Assembly (NCBI RefSeq): GCF_004010195.1
Contig: NC_057719.1
Location: 47,332,716-47,374,013, forward strand
Reading direction: 5' to 3'
DNA: 41,298 nucleotides
Source of the DNA: Chiloscyllium plagiosum
Lineage: Eukaryota
This document shows positions 1-10,900 of the stretch, one piece after another. Position 1 is the first letter of the stretch, and each line of letters starts with the position of its first letter. The notes below the pieces were generated by a model that was given only the letters and a program-made list of their open reading frames with translations, did no database searches and was not told the DNA's origin. A program made the position numbers and the translations under genes.

Positions 1-317
1 GATGACGTCAAACAACCTTATGGGGGCCAGAGATAGGCATTTGTCACGGACAAGGCCGGATAAACAGAAGTTGTGGGATCAGTCTTAAGGAAATGAGTGA
101 CGTAAGCGGAGGAGGGGGCAAACAATGAAATAAGAAAAAATATGGGGATTCAAACTGTATAAATTTCGAGAGTTTGTTGGATTTGATGTGTATTTGACAT
201 TGCCTTACCTGGCATTAGACATTGCACCCACTTGCAAGTGTACAAATAAACGACACTGTTTCAGATTTTTGGTCTCGGACTGAAATTATTGAAGTAAGTG
301 AGCTTTTGTTTCTCACA
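1..317 (+). mobile_element. 3' part of an LTR (probably solo, cut by the window edge)
   Basis: LTR-like order of motifs: CRE TGACGTCA (3-10) and TGACGTAA (98-105), TATAAAT (158-164), AATAAA (245-250), ending ...TCTCACA (317). No PBS follows. Confidence 0.55.
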
Positions 318-1036
318 AAATGTCTCCTAGAAATCCAAGAACTTTATGCCTATGGGCTCTCCTTTATCCACGATGTGTTGCTACTTCAAAAACCCTAATA
401 AATTGGAAAAACATGATAAAATACTAGCTCTTTCCAATCACTTTCAGTTGTTTCTAAGGACACTGATATATCTTCTTTAATGATTAAATCAAATTCTTCC
501 CCACAATAGATGTTGACCTAGCTCGTCTGTGGTTTCTTGCCTATTTTCCTTGTTGAACGGAGGACTTATATTTGCTACTTGTAAAAATTGCTGCACAGAG
601 TACAAAAGCAAGTGAATTAAGATGAACTTTTTACAAACACATGTTTGGCCACATCTGGAATATTACGTTCAATTCTGGCACTGCATTTTAAGAAAGTTGT
701 GATGGTTTTGGAAGGGGTGCAGAAAAAAAAATCTGAATAGTTTCAGGACCAGAGAATTAAATTACATGGTAGATCGGAGAAACTGGACTTGGGGGGAAGT
801 TTAAGAAGAGATTGAATTGAGGTATTGAAAATCCTGAGGTGTCTCTCGACTGAATAGATGGAAGGAAATCGTACACATTGATGGAAGGGTTGATTTTTGA
901 TTTGAATTGATGTGATTTATTATTGTCTTGTGTGTAGGGACAGTGGAACTTTTTTTATGTGCAGTACAGGCAGATTATGTCATACAAAGTGCTGAGTGAA
1001 GAACGTAATGTTAGATTTGCAGAGAATGTGCACAAA

Positions 1037-1295
1037 GTTAAAAATCACACAACAAGGTTTATTTGGAAGTACAAGCTTTCAGAGCGCTCCTCCTTCATCA
1101 GGTAGCTGGTGGAGCAGGATCATAGGGCACAGAATTTATAGCAAAAGATCATAGTATCGTACAACTGATGTGATATATTGAACACACCTAGAATGCTGTT
1201 AAGTCTTTAATCTTTTAGAATGAATTGCAGGATTCAATTCATTAACATGTAAATCCAATAATTTGTTTTAAGTCACATTCTCGAAATAACTTAAG
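1037..1295 (-). mobile_element. Penelope-like element terminal fragment with hammerhead motif
   Basis: Reverse complement of the terminus of the 6134-6905 element. Contains CTGATGA...GAAAGCTT on the minus strand at 1070-1104. Confidence 0.6.
1070..1104 (-). ncRNA. Minimal type I hammerhead ribozyme motif (Penelope type)
   Basis: Minus strand reads TAC-CTGATGA-A-GGAG-gagcg-CTCT-GAAA-GC-TT-GTA: stem I TAC/GTA, stem II GGAG/CTCT, intact core, palindromic AGCT helix III. Confidence 0.6.
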
Positions 1296-1515
1296 TCACC
1301 TGCCCTGCCTTATTTCACCAGAGTAGGTAAACTTTTATAGCTTCTCTAGTAGGTCCATCCACATACTGAATCAGAAAATTTTCTTGCACACACTTAACAA
1401 ATTCCTCTCCATCTAAATCCTTTAGCACTATGGCAGTCCCAGTTTATGTTTGGAAATTTAAAATCCCCAACCATAACAAACCTATTAATCTTACTGATAA
1501 CTGAAATCTCCTTCG
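1294..1515 (-). mobile_element. CR1-like LINE fragment (APE endonuclease region)
   Basis: Closely similar to 12031-12260 (GDFNFP, LDLLL motifs on the minus strand). Confidence 0.7.
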
Positions 1516-1624
1516 AAATTTATTTCTTTGTCACCTTTCTAAAAACAAAACCTTAAGTTATCTCGGGAATGTGACTTGAAAGAAGTCCTTGGATTTGCAT
1601 ATTAATGAATTGAAAGCTGCAACC

Positions 1625-1871
1625 CTGCGCCTGGGTTGCCCCTGTTCTGTGATCCTGGCTCGAGTACGCTTTGACCCCACAGCCCGACCAAGAGACCAGG
1701 GAACCATTTCGGTTGGACTCGAGGCCTAGTCCCTGGGGTCCTCGGGGTTTGAAATGCAGTTGCCGCCGTCGCGCTGGGCGGAGCGGAGTGAAACGCGTTT
1801 GGTTGTTAGTGTCGCTTTGTGCTTGCCGTCGGGAGCCGGGGTGTTTGGGGCGGGTGGTTGTTGGGAGGCTG
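1625..1871 (+). promoter_or_regulatory. CpG-rich proximal promoter / 5' UTR of CGRRF1
   Basis: Abrupt CpG/GC enrichment against an AT-rich background, extending through exon 2. GC box GGGCGG at 1776-1781, just upstream of ATG 1872. Confidence 0.6.
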
Positions 1872-1975
1872 ATGGCTGCGGTCTTCCTGGTGATGTTGTA
1901 TGAATATTCACCGCTCTTCTACATAACCCTCATCTTCCTCTGCTTCTTTGTAACCACTGCCGTCATCTTGGGATG
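1872..1975 (+). CDS. CGRRF1: CGRRF1 coding exon 1 (transmembrane segment)
   Basis: [35 protein letters not shown]; donor TG|GTAAG at 1976. Confidence 0.96.
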
Positions 1976-4900
1976 GTAAGTGTCGCAGATAAGGTGCCCC
2001 GCAAATAAAAATGTTGCCGGATCTGGAGTCTTGATAACGATGAAGACGTTCACTTTATTCCCCAAAACAGGTTTGTTTGGGATATTCCTGTAATAATCCG
2101 GAATTCGGAGGAGACCGAGTCCGGGACCAGGGTGCAGAGAAAACGTATGGTGCAGGTGAAAAACCCGTTCGCGTTGGAAGTTTTGAACCCCGGTGCTGCA
2201 TCAGTTATCGGTAATTACTTTGTTATTTTAAATGGTTCCTCTGTGTGTAACTGCAAGAAACATGGTTCAGAGGGTTCAAATATTGGCCCTTAACTAACCA
2301 GAGCCACTGTTAATACCCACTTTGAGTGATTGTGAGTGAGCAGCGGATGATACTCAGGCATGCACTTCTCATTCTTAAAGCTGTTTAAAAAAAGAAACAT
2401 CCCATCTACTATGTCAGGTCTGATGAAGAGTCATCTAAACTCGAAACGTTAGCTTGCTGTCTCTCCACGGATGCTGTTATTTCCAGCATTTTTTTTTGTT
2501 TTCATCTCATCTATTGTGTCCAACTGTTAATCTCTGTTATTGGAACGCCTACCAATGAATCTACTTTTTACATGTTGTTTCCCAACTCTGTTTCTGCCAG
2601 AAAGTAGTTTACGGCAGTTTGGATTTCGTTCGAAAATAGTAATTTGGTCAGCTAAAGTCTTAAGATCTCTCTCTCCATCTGACCTCCCCGCTCCTCCCCC
2701 ATCACTGTTATTGTTTACCTTCAGACTAGTCCAGAACTATTTAGGGCAATGTGCAGTTGACAGGTTTGCAACAGCATGTTGATATCATGACACCCTGATT
2801 TCAAACTTAGTGTGGGTGAAGTTTTTGGAATGTTTTATTGGTTCATAAAATATTCAGTAGTTTGTAGTGAAGAGGTATGGCATGAGTTCTGATTTTCAGA
2901 GAATATGGGCCTCAATTAGCAGAAATGCTCATTTGGTAGTCTCCCAATAGTCATAGAATAAGTTAAGTCCTGAGTGGTTTAAAGTCTGAGGTAGAAGGCT
3001 GCGGAAGGGGAGCTTAAGGAACCCATAATAATAAATAAATGATGTTATGTTAGCTGTTTGTTTAAAAGTCTCAGCTGCAGCTTGCCCATTGAACAAGGAA
3101 ACTCGAAATGGAAGCAGGGTGACTTCACAGGTTTGAGTAACTGGAAGATAATTGTTGGGAGTAAAAAGTTTTAACCTTTGTTTATGATATTTATTAATAA
3201 ATTTGAAATGTTTGTATAGTGTAAACAGGGTTCTTGTGTAATAAACTTTGTTAAAAATGTGTTGCTGGAAAAGCGCAGCAGGTTAGGCAGCATCCAAGGA
3301 GCAGGAGAATCGGCGTTTCGGGCATGAGCCCTTCCTCAGGCTCATGCCCGAAACGTCGATTCTCCTGCTCCTTGCATGCTGCCTGACCTGCTGCGCTTTT
3401 CCAGCAACACATTTTCAGCTCTGATCTCCAGCATCTGCAGTCCTCACTTTCTCCTAATAAACTTTGTTCTTTTGTTAAAAGTACATTGGCAGCATCTTGT
3501 GAGTATGTTCAATGGCTGACTGTTAAGAGCAACAAATTGTAACAGTAGAACTAAAGTAAAAGTAAAAACTAAAATAAAAACCAGGTTTCACTCTGGAATC
3601 TGACTTGTCTAGAATTACTATTGCCTTGGATCATGACACATTTTGGTAGTTTGTAACAAATATTCAGTAGCGTAGCATGATAATTGTAATACAAGAGAAA
3701 ATAATTGACTTTGAACCTGTTGTTTCTGAAAATCTCCACTGGAATTATCTTCGCCTCATATCTGGGTATGTTGTGAACTAACAATCACATTATCATTGAA
3801 TACAGTTGTTAGGAGTTGTTATGCAGTCACCAAGTTTTTTTTTGACAGGTTTATTTTGGTGGAAGTTTATTAGTGTGTGCTGCTTTTTTAAGAACCTTCA
3901 TTCAAATGATTGACTTAAAACTTGTCATCGCTGGTTAATAAATTATTTCAAAGGTGAACTAGATGGACCTTGATCGAGCAGTTTGCCTCAATTCCTGCAC
4001 TCGTATTTAAAGTAATTCCTGTGTGTGTCTTAATCATGAGAGATATCTGAATCTATTGGTCCTGTATTTCATGGGTAAAAATTGTTTGGGCATTTTTCAT
4101 TCCTACTCTACCATTCAATCATTGACTACTGATAAACCAATACGTCAAATCCCAACCATAACTGGGCTACAATGACCTCTTGTGTTTGTTCTATTTGATT
4201 TATATTTCTCCTTTCTACCTCCTTTTTCTGTTTTTGCCAATGTGTCTTTCAACCTGCTGTCTTTCTTGCATACTCTTTATTTCTGTTATGTCTAATTTGT
4301 CTCCAAATCACCATTTTTGTTCGATATTTTACTTTCTGCATTCATTTTTCATTGGTCAAGGAGATCAACTGTTTGACACAATATGATACAATGTAGCACA
4401 GGAACAGGTGCTTCGGCCCACCAAGCCTGAACCAATTCTAATCCTTATTTAGACCCACTACTTATTGCCCATGTGCAGTTTCTACCCCTCCACACACCTC
4501 TTGTTCATGTGCCTTTCAAGATAGGTCTTAAAACATTGCTGATGTGCCTGCTATCACCACCTCCGCTGGCAGTGTGTTACAGGCATCCACCACTATCTGT
4601 GTGAAAATCTTTCCACACTTCTCCCTTAAATTTTCCCCCTCTCACCTTGAGCCTGTATCTTCTTGAAGTTTACCTTTCCACCCTGGGAAAAATAAACCTC
4701 TGAATATCCATCCTACCTATGCATCTCATTTTGTAGACTTCTATCAGGTTGTCTCCTCAGCCTTCATTTTCCAATGAAAACAATCCGAGTTAATCCAACC
4801 TCTCCTCGTGACTAGAACCCTTTAGACTAGGCAACATCCTAGTAAACCTCATCTGCACACTCTGCAAAGCATCCATGTCCTTCTATTAGTGTGGTGACCA

Positions 4901-7900
4901 GAACTGCACATAATATTCTAAATGTTGCCTATCTAAAGTTTTGTACAGCTGTAACATAACTTGCTAACTTTTACATTCAGTTCCCCGCCAAATGATGGCC
5001 AGCATGCTGTATGCCTTCTTGACCACCTTAGTCACTTGTGTTCGCACCTTTTGGGGATCTGTGGACCTGTATGCCCAGATCCCTCTATATGTCGAAATGT
5101 TCATGCATTCTCAGATATACCATTCATATTGCTGTACCGTTAATGCTTCAGTGATCTAGCAATTTTCAGTGTAAATTTAAACCAATTTCTACAGAGGTGT
5201 AGCAAAACTAGTTAACATGGTTCACCACGAAATATGACATTATAGCAATTTCTTACTGTAGGATAAATTTTAGGCATGACCTTACACAGTCCTCAAATTG
5301 TAGTGCAACTGCAATAAAATTTAACTAATTTGAGGCTCCCTACTCAGCATGATTTTTGTTATCAAGTCATCACTTGAAAGTCGATTTTGGGCTTGTAAAC
5401 GTGAATTAGGTTCATTGTCCTTTTAAGTATGAAAATGGTTGTCTGTTGAATCTCAGTGCTCAGCAGTTCTCTATAATGATGGCCAATGCATAAACATTTT
5501 GTCCTTGCCTCCTTTGGCATCTAAGGGTTCATGTACTATTTGGACAACACAATTTTTTTCAGCCTTTGATACGTCTAATATACCTTATTTAGTGATACAT
5601 CAGATAATATCAATTTAATATTTAACTTACTTTGCTTTTATTTTTACCTTTGTATATTTTCACTTTCTAACTTCTCTCATTTCTTTGTGATATTGGAAGA
5701 GTTTTTCTGGAGCATGTGTAATGTTCTTAGCTTCCTTAATCTGAAGTCTTTGCTGCTTTCATAACACTTCTCACCAACTTTCGTAAATTCATGTATACTT
5801 TTCAAATTGCTCCTACCTTACTAGATTTCGAATTATTTTCTTTATATTTCACGCTTTTAATCGACATTTTCATTCAGTTTGAAGAATCTATATGTTGAAC
5901 TTATTTATTTTTATTGTACACTTATTGTATTCATGGATGAGACCTTCAGAGAGTACCCTCCTCATTCATTTTGATTTCTCTGCAGCCTTTGACTAGGTTG
6001 ATCACAACATACTGCTCAATCAGATCTTCTCTGTTGTTAGAGATTGGAAATGTCTTTGTGTAATTCTATTGTCACTAATCCAATCATAGTCAGAAAGATG
6101 CCTGCAATGTCCCTTTGCATTGTTGCGTTGGATCACAAAGTGGCCGAGTAGAGGCTGATCGCTGAGTTTGGTAGCCATGGGGATGGCCTTAACCAGGACC
6201 TTGGGTCCATGTCACACTACAGGTGACCCCATTGCACTCTGCGCTCTCGTTCTCACACACACACGCACATAACTTCTCTCATACTCAAGCTTTCTCTCAT
6301 ACGCTCACACGTACTCACCCACACAAGAAACTCTCACGGACTTATACCCTTTTACACTCAGACGCATACACGTACACACTCTCACAGGCACTCATTTTCC
6401 CCCCCCTCCCATCACAAGTTTGTGAGGTGAATTTGTACTTGCAGAATTACATTTTATTTTGCTCAAAAACTGCATGAATCCATGTAAGATTCTGTAGATC
6501 CGTTTTTTAGATTAGAATCAGTCTGAACATTGGGACACAGACAGCCTTATACCTTCAATACATTATCTGGGCTGACATGGCACCAATTGTTAAAGTTCAC
6601 TTGAGAATGTAACTTTAAAAAAAGTTCTGGGATTTACATATGAAAGAAATGACACCAACATGGTCATTCCAAAAGATAAAAGACTTGAAAAACATCTGGA
6701 CTGTTTGTTAATATAATTTCAGTTACATCACACTGTAAACTTTTGCTGTAAATTCTGTGTCTTACGATCTTATACTCAACAACCACCTGATGAAGGAGCA
6801 GCACTCCGAAAGCCAGTGCTTCCAAATAAACCTGTTGGACTATAACCTGGCATTGTGTGAATTTTTAACTTTGTACACCTCAGTCCAATACTGGCACCTC
6901 CAAATCTTTCTGGTCCTGCACTGTTGCCTTTAGAGCCCTCCAAAAATCTATCCTTGGGAGTTTCCTATTACTCATGCATGTTGTCACTCTACAGCAATGT
7001 CTCATGACAAGGTGTCACATTCTACACAGAGTCATAGAGATGTACAGCACGGAACAGACCCTTCGACCAGATATCCCAACTTAATCTAGTCCCACATGCC
7101 AGCACCTGGCCCATATCCATCCAAGTACTTCCTATTCATATACCAATCCAGATGCCTTTTAAATGTTGCAATTGTACTAGCCTCCACCACTTTCTCTGGC
7201 AGCTCATTCCATACATGTACCACCCGCTGTGTGACAAAGTTGCCCCTTAGGTCTCTTTTATATCTTCCCCTCACCGTAAAACTATGTCCTCTAGTTTTTT
7301 CCCCACCCCATCAATGCCCGTCATGATTTTATAAACCTCCAGAAGGTGCCCCCTCAGCCTCTGACGCTCCAGGGAAAACAGACCTAGCCTATTCAAACTC
7401 TCCCTATAGCTCAATTCTCTAACCCTGATAACATCCTTGTAAATGTTTTCTGAACCCTTTTCAAGTTTCACAACGTCCTTCCAATAGGAAGGCGATCAGA
7501 ATTGCACACAGTATTCCAAAAGTGACCTAGCCAATGTCCTGTACAGCCGCAGCATGACCTCCCAACTCCTGTACTCGATACTCTGACCAATAAAGGAAAG
7601 CATACCAAATGCCGTCTTCACTATCCTATCTATCTGCAACTCCACTCACAAGGAGCTATGAATTTGCACTGCAAGGTCTCTTTGTTCAGCAACACTCCCT
7701 AGAACATTACCATTAAGCGTAAAAGTCCTGCTAAGATTTGCTTTCCCAAAATGCAGCATCTCTCATTTATCCAAATACATGTACATCCTGTCCCTCAGGA
7801 TTCCCTCCAACAACATGCCCACCACCGACGTCAGGCTCACTGGTCTATAGTTCCCTTGCTTGTACTTACCACCTTTCTTAAACAGTGGCATCACATTAGC

Positions 7901-10900
7901 CAACTTCCAGTCTTCCGACACCTCACCTGTGACTATAGATAGAGTCATAGAGATGTACAGCATGGAAACAGACCCTTCGGTCCAACCTGTCCATGCCGAC
8001 CAGATATCCCAACCCAATCTAGTCCCACCTGCCAGCACCCGGTCCATATCCCTCCAAATCCTTCCTATTCATATACCCATCCAAATGTCTCTTAATGTTG
8101 CAATTTGTGGTGAAACGGTTAAAAATTATGTCCCAATACATGTGTGAATCTAACCGGAATGGAGGTGTTGCTTAGTCCCGTGTGAATCTTATTACACACC
8201 TCCCCGTGTGAATCTTCTTATCTGTATGTAACCAGAATGGAATGTGTTTTTTAGCCTTGCTCTGCTGTTCACATGAATGTTTATATCTGGAAAAGAGTAT
8301 ATCAGCTGGAAAAGTCTCCAGTTCGGAGAGTCTGCTCCGGGGTTACGTTTAACCGCCGAGCGTGGGTTGTTGGCAACCGCTCTACGAGAACTGACGGCTC
8401 CCAGTTCCGGGAACATGTAGAGTGAGTATAAGCCAGACCCGTTCTGGCGACGCTGCGGGGAATAAAATGCCCATATTCTAGCAGACTCGCCTCTTGGTCA
8501 TTTGTTCTGTGTCAGACTACTCTCCTACGAACCTGACCTTGAGAATTTTTAAAAACATTTGGCGTAGTCGAGCAGGATCAATCGCAATTGAGGAGAGATT
8601 TTGATACAGAACAATGTTTTGGAAAAAGACTAAGAAACCAGAAGAACAAACTGTGGAGGTCCCGACCGTCCCGGGATGGCATGGATGTGGGCATGTACGT
8701 GGCAGTTTGTTTGAGAAAGGATCCCAGTCCTGCCGAAGAACCCCTTGCCTGGGGTACAGCGGAGGATGTGGGCATGTCCAAAAAACTGAAGCGGAGTTAA
8801 CAGAATTGAATGGGATTGAACTGAACTGAACTGAGTGGAACTGAAGTGAATCAAATTGAACGGAACAAAATGGAACTGAGCTAAATTGAATTGAAATGGA
8901 CGGAACTGAATTGAACACAATTGAATTGAACTGAACAGACCTGAACTGAGCTGAATTGAACTACACTGAATTGACTGAACTGAAATTAACTGAAACGAAT
9001 TGCATAATGTAACACATGTATTGGGCCAAGCAGTGGAATGTGGTGAAACAGTTAAAAATTATGTCCCAATACATGTGTGAATCATAATGTAACACATGTA
9101 TTGGGCCAAGCAGTGGAATGTGGTGAAACAGTTAAAAATTATGTCCCAATACATGTGTGAATCATAATGTAACACATGTATTGGGCCAAGCAGTGGAATG
9201 TGGTGAAACAGTTAAAAATTATGTCCCAATACATGTGTGAATCATAATGTAACACATGTATTGGGCCAAGCAGTGGAATGTGGTGAAACAGTTAAAAATT
9301 ATGTCCCAATACATGTGTGAATCATAATGTAACACATGTATTGGGCCAAGCAGTGGAATGTGGTGAAACAGTTAAAAATTATGTCCCAATACATGTGTGA
9401 ATCATAATGTAACACATGTATTGGGCCAAGCAGTGGAATGTGGTGAAACGGTTAAAAATTATGTCCCAATACATGTGTGAATCATAATGTAACACATGTA
9501 TTGGGCCAAGCAGTGGAATGTGGTGAAACGGTTAAAAATTATGTCCCAATACATGTGTGAATCATAATGTAACACATGTATTGGGCCAAGCAGTGGAATG
9601 TGGTGAAAGGGTTAAAATTATGTCCCAATACATGTGTGAATCTAACCGGAATGGAGGTGTTGCTAAGTCCCGTGTGAATCTTATTACACACCTCCCCGTG
9701 TGAATCTTCTTATCTGTATGTAACCAGAATGGAATGTGTTTTTTAGCCTTGCTCTGCTGTTCACATGAATGTTTATATCTGGAAAAGAATAAAAAGCTGG
9801 AAAAGTCTCCAGTTCGGTGAGTCTGCCCCGGGGTTACGTTTAACCGCCGAGCGTGGGTTGTTGGCAACCGCTCTACGAGAACTGACGGCTCCCAGTTCCG
9901 GTAACATGTAGAGTGAGTATAAGCCAGACCCGTTGTAAGTATGAGACCAGGTTGTGGCGACGCTGCGGGGAATAAAATACCCATATTCTAGCAGACTCGC
10001 CTCTTGGTCATTTGTTCTGTGTCAGACTACTCTCCTACGAACCTGACCTTGAGAATTTTCTAAAACATTTGGCGCTGCGAGCAGGGTCAATCGCAATTGA
10101 GGAGAGATTTTGATACAGAACAATGTTTTGGAAAAAGACTAAGAAACCAGAAGAACAAACTGTGGAGGTCCCGACCGTCCCGGGATGGCATGGATGTGGG
10201 CATGTACGTGGCAGTTTGTTTGAGAAATGGTGGGGGGCGACCGGAGGAACCCCAGGGTCGCTGCTGTCCACCCTTGAGAGGATCCCAGTCCTGCCGAAGA
10301 ACCCCTTGCCTGGGGTACAGCGGAGGATGTGGGCATGTCCAAAAAGCTGAAGCGGAGTTAACAGAATTGAATGGGATTGAACTGAACTGAACTGAGTGGA
10401 ACTGAAGTGAATCAAATTGAACGGAACAAAATGGAACTGAGCTAAATTGAATTGAAATGGACGGAACTGAATTGAACACAATTGAATTGAACTGAACAGA
10501 CCTGAACTGAGCTGAATTGAACTACACTGAATTGACTGAACTGAAATTAACTGAAACGAATTGAACTGAATCAAGCATAATGTAACACATGTATTGGGCC
10601 AAGCAGTGGAATGTGGTGAAACGGTTAAAAATTATGTCCCAATACATGTGTGAATCATAATGTAACACATGTATTGGGCCAAGCAGTGGAATGTGGTGAA
10701 ACGGTTAAAAATTATGTCCCAATACATGTGTGAATCATAATGTAACACATGTATTGGGCCAAGCAGTGGAATGTGGTGAAACGGTTAAAAATTATGTCCC
10801 AATACATGTGTGAATCATAATGTAACACATGTATTGGGCCAAGCAGTGGAATGTGGTGAAACGGTTAAAAATTATGTCCCAATACATGTGTGAATCTAAC

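Noticed and set aside
1748..1753. CHR-like TTTGAA element in the promoter
   Set aside because: A hexamer expected by chance; it cannot be supported without conservation data.
1671..1871. N-terminal extension of the 102-aa ORF upstream of MAAVF
   Set aside because: It starts at TTG and the recognisable protein begins at ATG 1872; this is GC-rich 5' UTR or promoter.
2783..3638. Possible decayed solo LTR bounded by TATCATGAC...ATCATGACA
   Set aside because: The 5' terminus is imperfect and there is no matching TSD; support is insufficient.
10035..10574. 179-aa minus-strand ORF and overlapping ORFs at 8517-8920
   Set aside because: Low-complexity translations of the pentamer microsatellite, antisense to the LTR element.
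9003..10895. CRISPR-like appearance of palindromic, regularly spaced repeats
   Set aside because: The sequences between palindromes are identical, not unique spacers; there are no cas genes; the context is eukaryotic and the unit is the LTR junction.
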